A stretch of DNA of 21,284 nucleotides from Amoebophrya sp. A120. Taxonomy: Eukaryota; Protista; Dinoflagellata. The position numbers and the translations under genes are program-made. Below the pieces are notes generated by a model that saw only the letters and a program-made list of their open reading frames with translations, did not search any database and had not been told where the DNA came from. The first letter of the stretch is position 1, and every line of letters begins with the position of its first letter. Positions 1-10,900 of the stretch are shown here, in pieces. The stretch is taken from NCBI GenBank assembly GCA_905178155.1, contig CAJINV010000033.1, forward strand, positions 1-21,284, read 5' to 3'.

Positions 1-82
1 GTTGCGTTTGCACTTGCTTAGCATATAACTGTCACTACTAGTGCTTGTGCTACTACTTGCGCGATGCTATTTTTGAAATTGA

Positions 83-2167
83 TACAACAAGACCGGCAAC
101 GGTAAGGGAAAGGGTGCTGCTGCTAACAACAACAAGTCCAAGAAGGTGGAGACCTTGTTGCCCCCCGAGGAAGAGGATGATGAGGAGAACAACAAATCGT
201 CGAACAAGAAAAACCAGAACAAAAAGGGGAACAAGAACAACAATTCCAGTGCCGCTGCTTCTTCCAACGCGAATAAGAAGATGTGCAAGAAACAGGGGAA
301 GAAGAATAAAGAAGTAGATGCGGATCTGGACTTGGACTTGAACGACGACCCCATGGACGTGGATGAGGAAAATGCCGCTGGAGCTGGGGAGGACAAAAAC
401 GGGGAGTCGGGTACGAAAAAGAGGAAAACCTGCTCGGGCGACGCGGTGATTGCCTCCGAGGTTGCGGCCGAGGACGTAAGAATTTTTTTTTGCCTTGCCC
501 TCGCGCAAGAAGAAGAACTATTTCTGCGTGTCAGACTGCAAGTGCAAGTAGCTGCTGTATTCGGATTTTTTTTTGCATTTGTCGTTCATGCTCGACAAAA
601 ACACCGACCTAGACCCAAACGTTAACGTATACGTAAGCCAAGTCCCGAAGAAGCATAAAAATTTCAACAGGGGGCAAACGTGGCTGCGATGTCTAATTGC
701 ACTTCTGTGCTTTTGGAAATGGTGTCGAAAAACCAGTCTTTCGATCTGACGAAGTTTCTGGACAAGGAATATGCCCGCCTGGAGCTCTCCAAACTGGGAG
801 ATGAGCCAGACCAGACGGACGGTAACGACGAGGAGATCGATGGGGTGAAAAACAGCGACGGGGACGTGAACAACAAGAGTACCAGATTCGACTTTTCCAC
901 CGCGCCGAACTACAAAGAACTGATGGACCACCTCGAAGAGCAGGACCAGGAGATGCTTGCGACGCTCACGGGCATGAAGATGTACAAGTTTGCCGTCAAG
1001 CACCTGTGCGGAAACGGGCGGGCCCTCGCAACGGACTCGATGAAGAAGGCCAGCCAGGCCAAGGCGTACCAGCAACTGGTCGCGGGGAAATCGGCGAAGG
1101 AAAAATCCCTCGAGTACCTCAACCGTAAAGGAGCCAGCAGCCCGACGTGGTGCCAGGTAACAAAGCCGAACGATCCCGACGCGACGCACTACAAGCTGCG
1201 GCACCTCCTGGAACTGGACGTGCAGGCGTACGAGCTGTCCGAAGCGGAGATGACGGGAGAAACCACTTTTCCGATTTCCAAACTGCAATTTCCCTTGACC
1301 TATCCTGTGCAAAAATATCGTGCCCTTGCAAGTACTAACGTAGACCTAGAGATATAGATGCATCAGTGTCGTTTTCTGTTCTTGTGCCTTAGTCCTTGCT
1401 GTGATGCTGATAGTAGTGGATCTGGATGCGGATCTGCGTCCGGAACTGGATGCGCTCGTGGAAGTAGAACAGCAACAGCTACAGGGACTGCAAGCGCAAC
1501 TCGGTCTGGGCGTGGATGTGGATCTGGTAGTAGTTCTGATTCTGCTTCTGGATCAGGAATAGGAACGAGAAGCAGCGCGATACTTTTGCAATGCATATTA
1601 GGGACATCAAGATGGGCGGCGATTATCAGTACGTCTTTGCGCGGCACTACCCCTTCCCGAGCAAATACTTGGTCATGAGATGGAAGTGGGCAAAGAAATC
1701 CGGGGCGAGTGGAAACAAGGTCGCGGACGACAGCTTGCAAATTACGATGAAGAAATTTGTGATGGTATATTTTTGAGGTTTTCGTTTTTGGTTTTGAAAC
1801 ATGAAATTTGTGATGCGCATTTTCAACATGGACATCGACATCAGCAGCTGCGCCTGCAGCAGCAGGTGCAGCAGTAGCACCAGCAGCTACAAGCTCACGA
1901 CTGGTGTCAAGATAAGGTAGAAGTGCAAGGGCAAGAAAAATGATAAAGACACAAAAAAAAATCACTCAGCCTTCCACGGGATCGGGAGCCATGTTTTTCT
2001 ACGCCCCGATCCGACTCGAGTCGGACAAGACGTACTTGAAGACCCTTTCGAACGCCAAGGACACCTTGAACAGGGTCGAGAAGTCGGAGCAGCCGGGTGG
2101 TGGCGACAAGTCGGGTGGTGGCAGCGCGGACACGAATACCCACCTGGAGGACGACGAGGCGTTCTAA
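83..2167 (+). CDS. Multi-exon hypothetical protein, 5'-truncated by the window. Inferred exons ~83-475, 671-1311, 1596-1764 (or 1758), 1970-2167
   Basis: ORFs 146..625, 680..1357, 1591..1776 and 1940..2167 join in frame via phase-0 GT-AG introns 476-670 and 1765-1969 and a 284-nt TIR/DR intron. Codons are GC3-rich; the N-terminal part is K/N/D/E low-complexity; stop TAA at 2165-2167. No family recognised. Confidence 0.75.
476..670 (+). other. Canonical GT-AG intron, phase 0
   Basis: GAC|GTAAG ... TTCAACAG|GGG GCA AAC GTG; frames on both sides match; AT/T-rich interior. Confidence 0.8.
1308..1591 (+). other. Intron with 16-nt terminal inverted repeat and TGCA direct repeat (probably non-canonical)
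   Basis: TGCAAAAATATCGTGC (1308-1323) pairs with GCGCGATACTTTTGCA (1575-1590), 14/16. Removing 284 nt at the TGCA repeat gives ...YPVHIRDIKMGG. A GT-AG alternative (1307-1575) is also in frame. Confidence 0.65.
1765..1969 (+). other. Canonical GT-AG intron (donor 1765 or 1759)
   Basis: ATG|GTATAT ... CACTCAG|CCT TCC; phase 0, in frame with the last exon. Confidence 0.7.
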
Positions 2168-2621
2168 ACGCTAAGAGGAAAAAAGAAAATTGAACACTCA
2201 AGCTTCGGCTTCTTTGCGTGGTCGCACTTCTTCCGGTTGGAAATGAAGAAAAATCAAAATACTAGAAATTCATGTAAGATGTAAAATGAAAATGTAAATC
2301 TAAATGATAAAGATAATGGGTAAGAGTATGAAACTCAGATTTTGTTTTTTTACCCATAAATTATGCGAGTGCAAAAGAAAATGAAAAAGTAAAATTTAAA
2401 GTAGATGATGTTGAAGTTGATGATGTACATGTAGCAGTAGTTGTAGAAGAAACAGTAAATGTAAAAGCTAAAGCAAAACTAAAAGTAAATGCAAGTGAGA
2501 GTGTTTCTCTTTTGGTTTTACTCATAGTGATTGAAAACAAAAAGACAGAGATCAGGTGGCTAATCTAAATCCTGGCGCTGACGTTCATGCGCAGGCTGGT
2601 CTTGATGTAGAAGTAGATGAT

Positions 2622-2648
2622 CATCATCATCATCATCATCATCATCAT
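2622..2648. repeat. (CAT)9 microsatellite
   Basis: Nine perfect CAT units in low-complexity intergenic DNA. Confidence 0.95.
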
Positions 2649-2921
2649 GATCTTGCTGCTCAAGTTCATCTTCATCATTATGATATGGCTACGCCTTCTA
2701 CGAGTACGACTATCATGAGGGGTAAACCGCTACTGGTACTAATTCGGAAGATTCGGAATCGCAATCAATTTCAATTTCAAAATTTCAAATACAAACTCAA
2801 TACTAAAAAAATAATATGTTTATTACTATGAAAGTGAAGACGTAGATGAAGGGGAAAGCCAAAACTTTCAGGGTCACTATCAGACGAAAAAAATAGATTT
2901 TAGTTTTACTGAAAAAGAAAG

Positions 2922-4476
2922 CTCGAAAATGGAAATCCTAGTGAAAGCGAGCGCGAGCATCTTTACTAGTAGTGGTAATGTCATTGCCCATGCCTATCTC
3001 GATTCTATTCGTTGTTAAATTTAGAAAGTAATACACTCCATATCGAAACTGAGTATGGAAAGCAAATTTCAATCCAGTTCGGGAAAGAGTGCGTGTGTGG
3101 CTAGTATTGCTTTCGCGGTCCTGGTCGCGCACACACAATTCCAAAAACCAATCTGCCTACAACTAGAAATAAAAAAATCACCGACATGATAGTACAAGGT
3201 CAAGGACAGCACTACTCCATCTAGCATGAGCCAACTGCTACCCTCTTGGCCCTGGTCGCAGACCCCTGTACGCTGCATATGACTAGGCTCAAGAAGGAGG
3301 GCAGCGGCTAGAAAAGTCCCTTCGAAGCGAGCAAGAAAATCAAAGCCATCGTGTCCATCTATCCTTATCGTAAATAAAATTTTGTTTTTGTCGCTATCAG
3401 ATTCAGAAGTTCTAGTTCAAGTTTCAATCTCAGTAGTTTCAGGCACAGGCACACACAGCGTCACATATGCATAGAAATAGGCACAGGAATATCAGTATCA
3501 GTATGAAAATGAAAATGAATAGCAATAGGTATAGGTCTAAGCAGCATAAGTTTAAGTCAGCGCGGAATCAAAATCAAAAAACAAAAAGAAAACGTACAGG
3601 AAAAACAAAAATCAAAAATATGAATGAAATTATTACTATGTGCTGTTGCTAGCACATGCACAGCCACAAGCACCGCTAGTACCAGTAGCACGGCGCTACA
3701 AGTACAATTCGTAGGAGTAGGAAGTTAAAAACTGCACAGGAGACGATGACCAAATAACAGCAAGGCTAGAACGTGAACCATGGGACTGATGCAAACTTCT
3801 GAAACTAGAGCGGAATTCAAAGACGAAGACGAGCAAGTAGATTTTCAGTTTGATTTTCTATCAAGAACCAAGCCCGGCGTTAGGCGCAGGCTTTGGCTCA
3901 GGCTCGTGCTCAGCAAGAGCTAGAGCAAGCTGGAGGTGAAGCAGAAGCTCAAGCAGGGGCAGAACATGAAGTTGACGATGAGAATAAAGAATCATTTTTA
4001 GAGTTTGACGCGACTGTGAAAAACAAAAAAAACGACCCGAGGGGTGGCGCCTTCAAGCGAGCGTCATGCCCTGGTGAGTGCGGACTGAAAAAGGAAATGG
4101 CAGTCGCAGTGGCATTGATCCAGCAGCCAATGGAACTGGCTCCAGCTCCAAGTGTTCCCTCGTGTTGCAAAGCATCCCTATTCCCGATGCGACACTCAGC
4201 TGCTTGAAAAAGGTTTTGTACCCGCGGGGGCCAACAAAGATCAAAGGCTTCACTTCGTAGACTAGCTTCTGACTTCGAGATGGATTTTTTTGCCCTTTGT
4301 TTTTCTTGTTTTCGTTTTCCGATCATACTCTCGATTATGTCCCCGCGGCTAGAGTTACGCCTACGGCTAAGGTCAAACACCAAAAAGAAAAACACAAACG
4401 CAAGCTCCTCGAGTCAAGGCGTGCGCTTTTCAATTTCAAGCACAAGCTCGCGTCTACCTTTTCGCCCAAGAAATAA
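2922..4476 (+). pseudogene. Possible decayed multi-exon gene
   Basis: Higher-complexity blocks (~2922-3369, 3740-3878, 4035-4073, 4200-4476) alternate with intron-like blocks with GT..AG ends (3370-3739, 4074-4199). Candidate frames are interrupted by stops and the correct frame is ambiguous. Confidence 0.3.
4074..4199 (+). other. Intron-like segment, GT-AG with short TIR
   Basis: CTG|GTGAGTG ... CACTCAG|CTG: strong donor consensus, TGAGTG/CACTCA inverted repeat, CTG flanking direct repeat. Confidence 0.5.
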
Positions 4477-4821
4477 AAGATCAGCATCCGCACCACCACC
4501 ATCACCGCACCAACACCTACGCCATTAAATTTAAAATGCGAATGTAAGATCAAGATCAACAAGTAGCACGAGCACTAGAAGAAGAAGCAGACCTAAACTT
4601 TTTTGCTCATGCCTACACCTGCGTCTGCAACTGGATCTGGATCTGGAACTGCTACTGCAACTGCATCTGCAGCCCTAAGCTTTACTCATGCCTTTACCTT
4701 AGCGTAGCCTTACCCTCAGCCTAGCCCTAAGCTGTGGGCTGAGCCTGCAGCTGGACAAGCAGGAAGACAGAACTTTTTCTTTTTCATCAATTCCAAAAAA
4801 AATTAACTTAGTAGGAGGAAC

Positions 4822-6300
4822 AGCGGGCCCGGGCCCGGGTTCGGCCGGGCGCAACGAGATCCCCGCCTGGTGCCGGCCCTACTCCGCGCTGTCGAGCGGG
4901 GAGCAAAGCGCTGGCCCGCGTGACATGGGGCGGCTGCTGCGCAAGCTCCAGCGCCAAGGAGAGTTGGGCGAGAACTGGAAGAACGGGCCGGGCCTTGGCG
5001 CAGGTCTTCGAACAGCAGCAAGATGGGGCGCGGCGAATCCAAGACGAAAGTGTAGGAGCCGGAGGAATGTGCAGCCGATGGGCGAGATGAAGAAGAGGCC
5101 GCCCCACTTGGAGAAGCCTGACCTGCGGAAGAAGCCAACGGGGAAATGCGTCTGTGTGAAGGCCGTCGCCGCGCAATTTCTGCCCGCCGCGCCCGTGCGC
5201 GCCCCCCCGCTAGGCGCCGCGCGGGGCGCGCCCGGTTCGCGAGTCCGGGCCCACGCGGGCATGGGGCACTGGAGAACATTGCAGGCGCTGGTAGATGATC
5301 CGGAGTTTATCACAAGGTGGCCGATTTCGAAGGACCCCTGCCGCACGCGACGGCGCCCGCCTTTCCCTTCGAGTTCGATGGAGACAGCGCGGCGGCCGTC
5401 CACATGGTGAAGCCCCGGAAGCCCGTTATCCTGGGCAAGGTGCGCGCGCGCGGCCCCTTTTGCCGGTATCTGTCCGGGAAGTTGGCCGGCAATGGGCGCT
5501 TCTTTCGGCTGCGCATCGCCTCCCGCGCCCTTCCTTCGGGTCCTTCCCGTGGTCGCAACTGGCGGACGACAGCGCGTTGTTTGCGCTGCAGGCGTGGTTC
5601 GACAATGGCGCGGGCAAAAGTCGAAAGCGCGGAGCCTTTCACCGTGGAGGTGGTGAAGCACGGGCCGGCCGAGAATTAGCGGCCGAGAAGCTGTTCTGGC
5701 GGGCAGCGGCATTACCCTCAACAAGAATGGAACGGCGAAGGTGCACGTCGATGAGGGAAACTTGGGCCGAAGCGGAGCGACGGCATTGGGGGCCTGCCTC
5801 GTTTCGTCTTCTGGACCAGCCGCACGCCCGCGCCCTTCTCCAGATGCAGTGGTGGGAAAACCGGCTGGAGAAGGGGAAAAAGAACATCCGGCCCGGAGGC
5901 GGGGAAGGGGCTAGTGTGGCTACAACCGGACAAGTCGATCGTCGACCGGGACCACAAGAAACTGGCCCGCCCCGCCTTCTTTTTTTTCTGGCCACCCTGG
6001 CCCCCCCGGCGGCCGGGCCCGGGCCCCTCCGGCCGCCGTTTATTCTCTGGGCCCCACGAAAGCGGGGGGTGGCGCGGCGCCCCGTCCGTATCGTATACCT
6101 AGGCCTGCCCTGCGTCGCTCGGGCGCATTGGGCGGGCCGCTTTCGCTGCCGCGCAGGCGCCGGAAAAGCAGCAGCTATTCCGGTGCCATAGTTAGGGGGG
6201 CCACTGGCGCCGGCACTGGCACGCACAGCCACTGCTTTCCGCGCCCCCCTGCGCACGCTTCGCCGCGCGCTTCCTGTTCATGTACCTGTCGGGGGCGCCG
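4822..6300 (+). mobile_element. Degenerate LTR-retrotransposon-like integrase remnant (frameshifted)
   Basis: Abruptly GC-rich block with no intron-like filler. Collinear motif remnants in different frames: HAGMGHWRT (~5251), VADFEGPLP (5317), WFDNG (5595), HYPQQ-NGTA (5710), VWL...KKLARP (5914). They resemble the His pair, D, D and PQxNGxxE motifs and the C-terminal region of rve integrases. Boundaries approximate; no LTRs seen. Confidence 0.5.
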
Positions 6301-7071
6301 CTAGCTACAGGTGCAACGCACTGCATGCGGCAGCCCAGAAAGAAAACAGTAATCACTTCGTGGCGCCACACGCGACAGCACGGAAGCGCGTGGCAGCCCT
6401 TGCGGCCCTTGCTGCAAATATAATTTTCGCCACGCAGTTGCGTGGCAGGTGCCCTGTCGCAGGGCGTAGCAAACTTCAACTCCAACGATGGACTCCTCTC
6501 CATCGTGTCGCCCGCGGTTCCTTTCCTAAGGCCGGGCGCGCCGCAAAGTCGGACACGGACTCATGTTCGGGGGGGGGAGCTGGAGCTGGTGCTGGAGCAT
6601 CATCATTTACATTTTCATTGGGAGAGAGATGCAGGTAGGCTGTGTTGTCGTTTTTGCTTTTCGGCATCGAGTTCGAGTTTGAGATCGTGTTGCACTCGAT
6701 GGCGTTTTTTGTGAGCGCAGCAGAGAGGGCGAAGTTTACGAGTGGAGAGTTAAATGGCCATGCCGAGGTACTACGTTGTCAGCGAGCGAAACGCAATGTA
6801 TGAGACCATTCGTAAACTCTTGCTTCTGCGGTCTGGTGATTGTTGTAGTGTTGATCTAAAGTTAAAGTTTAAGTTTAGGGTGGTGGTAATACAGCAGCTT
6901 TTTTGTTCTTTAAACACGATGCCCTTTTGTGCGCTGACGCCTCGTTCTTCCGACCGACACAATCTTCGGTGAGTGCAACGCCCCGCTCACAATCTATTGC
7001 CGACGTGTTCTCTTCTACTTCTTCGCAAGAAGAAAAGATGACGGTGCTCCCTAGCCCTACTCCCACCAGGG

Positions 7072-7110
7072 GGACCGCGATAGCCACCTCCGCCGGACCG
7101 CGATAGCCAC
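7072..7110. repeat. 16-nt direct repeat with 23-nt period
   Basis: GGACCGCGATAGCCAC at 7072-7087 and 7095-7110. Confidence 0.95.
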
Positions 7111-7635
7111 TGACTACGGGTACGAGAAATGGAAGCGGGAGAAATTGGAAAATTTTTTTCGTAGAAGTAGTTCAACAGCAGAAATACATCCTCAAGGGGC
7201 CGCCAAGGGGATGAACAGCGAGGGGAGTAGTAGAAACAGCCACAAGAACACGACAGAAACAGATGTTGAGCCTAGTAGACCACATGATCAAGGAGCACGA
7301 CGAGCCGCCGGGCGAAGCAAGGCTGCACCTGTTTCACCATCTTCGATGCAGCAGGACCACGACAGTACGAGGGTGCTGAAGGAGCAGGAGCGACAAGAAA
7401 TGAATGACGAGGAGGCTGCAAATCAACGACGTCCCAAAAATGCGGAGGATGAACTTCTACTGCGAGAAAGAATAGAGTTGTCATCTTTAGAGGACGACAA
7501 CGCGCTGGGCCCGAGTGTTTTCCTGTACCCGGACTATTTGCAAAAACACATCGGGCCGTTATGGGTGGATGCGCTTACGGTTACGGCCGACGGGGTAGAA
7601 GATGCGGATCAGAACAGGAACCACTTCCTTATGGC

Positions 7636-7990
7636 GTTCTCAACTGTTACATTCTCTTTCTCAACTGTTACACGATTTCGATTTGTGATGCAAGAATGGG
7701 AAGAATGAAAGGGGCCCCCTTTGCGCGTCTTGCATGACAGATTTGGCACAGACTATAAGCCCGCGTGGCCCTTCCAGAATTTGTCATGCAGAACAGCTCG
7801 ATCGTGTTCGTCATCGTCTTCGTGTAGAAGTAGAAGTAGATCTAGATCTACATCTAGAACTAGATGACTGTGCAGCTGCAGTGGTGCTTTAACTTTTGGC
7901 TTTGCATGACAAATTGAAACTCATGTAACAGTTGAGCTTGAGAATGTAAATGTATATGTAACATTTACATTTGAGTTTGACTTTGAGAAT
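7636..7990 (+). other. Probable non-canonical intron with nested inverted repeats
   Basis: Ends GTTCTCAA / TTGAGAAT. CTCAACTGTTACA (7639-7651, 7660-7672) pairs with TGTAACAGTTGAG (7924-7936); AATTTGTCATGCA (7778-7790) pairs with TGCATGACAAATT (7903-7915). Removing 354 nt gives NHFLMAPTFLVPREQPVDF in frame. Confidence 0.6.
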
Positions 7991-10900
7991 CCCACATTCC
8001 TAGTTCCACGAGAGCAGCCAGTGGATTTCGCAGCAGGAGGCGATGATCTTCCGCGCAGTGGAAATAAACCATCAAATAAAGCGACTACTCCGTGCAAAAG
8101 TATCGCACACGCATGAAACCGACTGCGTACCATTTGCAAGACAGCGCGGTGCGGACCGACTACGACGGCCTATCCCTGGCGAGCGAGACTCTGGCCATGT
8201 CCTCAGCTGGCGGAGGGACGAGGAGGAGTGGTGCGTCTAGTAGTACATCTTCCCGTAGTTCCTCATCTTCTCCTGCGGCATCGTCCTCGGGGCCGCGTAC
8301 TAGCAGCCCGGTTCAAACTGCGACGAATTGGATAGCCGCCAAGACGCAGAAAGCTTTGGGTGATTTGGACCGCGCATTTTCGGAAAAGCATGGATTGGAC
8401 CATTCGCGGTTCAATTCATTCAAGGAGGAGAAAATGAAAACGTAAACGCCAGTAGAAGAACTGCGCGACGACAATGGCAACATGGAAGTAGGAACAGCAA
8501 CAAATGAAGAAAAAGAAGTAGAGATGAGATTAAAGCAGCATCCGTACAACCTGCACCTGCTGGAGCGCACGGGCCGTGGAACTACTGCGCATCATGATGC
8601 GAGTATTGGTGCAGGAGCGAATGGTCATGAGGGGCCAGCACGTAGCGAAAGCGAAGAAGCCTCGTTCTATCCACGACAGGAACAGTACCAGACCGCGCCA
8701 TCTCCTGAACAACAGCAAGAAGAAGTAGACTATCGGGCCCAGACTGAGGCGAGCAGCCGGCAGTTCGAGGGAATGCTGGGGTTTCGCGAGGGGCTGATGT
8801 CGGGTGCGGCGAAGGCGGTTGCGGTGGATGCGAGAAGAAAAGCGATGTATTTATACAAACAACGACGGCGCCGGGAGGTCCTCGGGTGACGGTGAGTACG
8901 GCGTCATAGGTTCTGACGCAGAAGGAGAAATAAAACGGGCTGCAGCGGAGGTGGATGAAGAATATCAAAAACGAAACGCCACCTCCTCGACCACGACCTC
9001 AAAAGCGCCAGCGCGGAAGGAGAATGGTAAGAACATGAACAATCTTAAAAACCACGGGGACAGCAAGAAGAAGAAAAGCGGCGTAGTTGTGCCACTCTCC
9101 GAGGCGGCCACCCAATTGCCCCGCGTGCTGCTACTGCAAGAAGTAGAAGAGCAAAGATCTGAGAATGTTGACAACGCTGAACCTGAAACACCACGAGCAG
9201 GGGGACCACCACCTGCTGCGACTACAGGGCCAAGTGACAAGCAAAAAACGAAAGAAAGTGTGCGTCCTGCGTGGAAGCAAGACCTGACCTACCGGTAGCG
9301 ATTTGAAATGGAAGAGCGCATGTTTGTGTCCGACTTTAGGATGAAGATGTCGAAAAACTATAACACAGCTTCGAATTGCTATTACATGTTTTGTTTTTGA
9401 AGTCAAAATGTACATGTACCGGAAAAGTTGAAACCACGAAGAAGGAGAAGCGAAGAAAAGAAAAAGGAAGACTACGATGTTCATTTAGAGGGAGACAGAA
9501 GAAGACGGGCGCTTTTTGTAAATTGAAAATTCCTCCGGGACCCTGTTACGGTGTGAAGTGAATGTGTATGAAAAGACCCTCGTGAAGTTGCCTTGTCCAA
9601 GATCTGGAAAACTAAGCGGCGTGTTTTTCTTTTTGAAGTGTCGACTACGCAGCTCCATAAATATGCAGCACGGAAGCATTTGTAGGTCTAAGTTTGTTTT
9701 TGAGACTCATTCCTCTGCTTCCGGACATCTCGTGATCTCAAAGCAGATAGAAGCTTTTTACGTTTCCTTTCGTTTGTCAGGGTGAGGCGAAGTGGTTTCG
9801 CTTCCCTAAGCGTCTTCGTCAAAAGGCGGACCTGCTAGTTGCAGCGCATGCGCAGATCAGGTTCATTCGCGCCATGTCTTCTCATCACTGTTTTGCGCGT
9901 GCAGTTGTAGATGTTGATGTAGTTGTTTTGGTTCTGGTGCATAGTGAAAGTACCCGCTTGCGTCTTCGTTTTGTCTTAGCCAGCGGCATGGATCAAGCCG
10001 CCTCCCCGGGCGGAATACAAATACGGCACGCGTGGTCGTGATAATCGTCTGTCGTTGCGAAATCGCTGTCGTGAATATCGTGCTCAGTCGTGTTGCCGCC
10101 ATCGTTCGAACAGGTCGTGGGTGCCGGATATGAAAATACACACGAAATGATCAATGAGAAACGCATTGATTTTTTTTCTGAAAATTTATCACTACAGTCT
10201 AGCCCTTCACGTTCATTTTTCACTAGAGTCATTTGCTGCGCACCAGGGCCACAAGCACAAGCAGGAGACAATCGAAGGTAGTCGTCCTCGAACGGGTCAT
10301 CGTGATCATCATCGTCGTCGTTTTCTCCTCGCTCTTGTGCCGCATGGTCCTGCCAGCTGAACTTCGCAGGCCGTATCCACGAATCGCAGGCAAAAGTCCA
10401 GACTTGTCTGGCGGGCTCTGTGGATTCGATGAGATCTTCTACGCTCCTTTAGGGCAGGGCTTAGCGTCGTGTGTAGATATGAAGGCTCCTGGTCTAGTCG
10501 TAGTCGTGCACGTTCTCACCACCAGTCGCGTCGCCGCCTCCCTGGGCGGGATAGAAGTGCAGGATGCCCTCGTGCGATCAGATCAAAATCAAGTAGGTCA
10601 GCGATCGCGATCGAAATGGTAGTGCTAATGCTAGAGCCTGGTTTCAGATATGTGCGTTTTCTGCGTCGTCGTGTGTAGTGCAAGTATAGTGAGAAGCTCC
10701 GGCTTTAAGGCGTTTTCCGTCTCGTAAGAGGCTCGTGGCATCGCATCAAGGTCGTCGAAATGTCGTTCAAACTCCGTGCGTTCGTTGCCGCTGACGGCAG
10801 AAAACGACGTCGGTTTTGCGCGGCGAGAAAATCGAAAAGAAAAAAAAATATTTGGAGATAAATATTTTTGGAACTACCGTAAGGTTGATGTATAGGAATA

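Noticed and set aside
1358-1678. Gly/Ser/Thr-rich ORF and the overlapping 1363..1965 minus ORF
   Set aside because: They derive from hexamer-periodic filler inside inferred introns.
2556-2831. Poly-His ORF as a metal-binding peptide
   Set aside because: Explained by a (CAT)9 microsatellite in AT-rich low-complexity DNA.
4925-6256. Long Arg/Pro/Gly-rich ORFs as intact genes
   Set aside because: Stop scarcity reflects very high GC; the informative motifs switch frames, indicating a relic.
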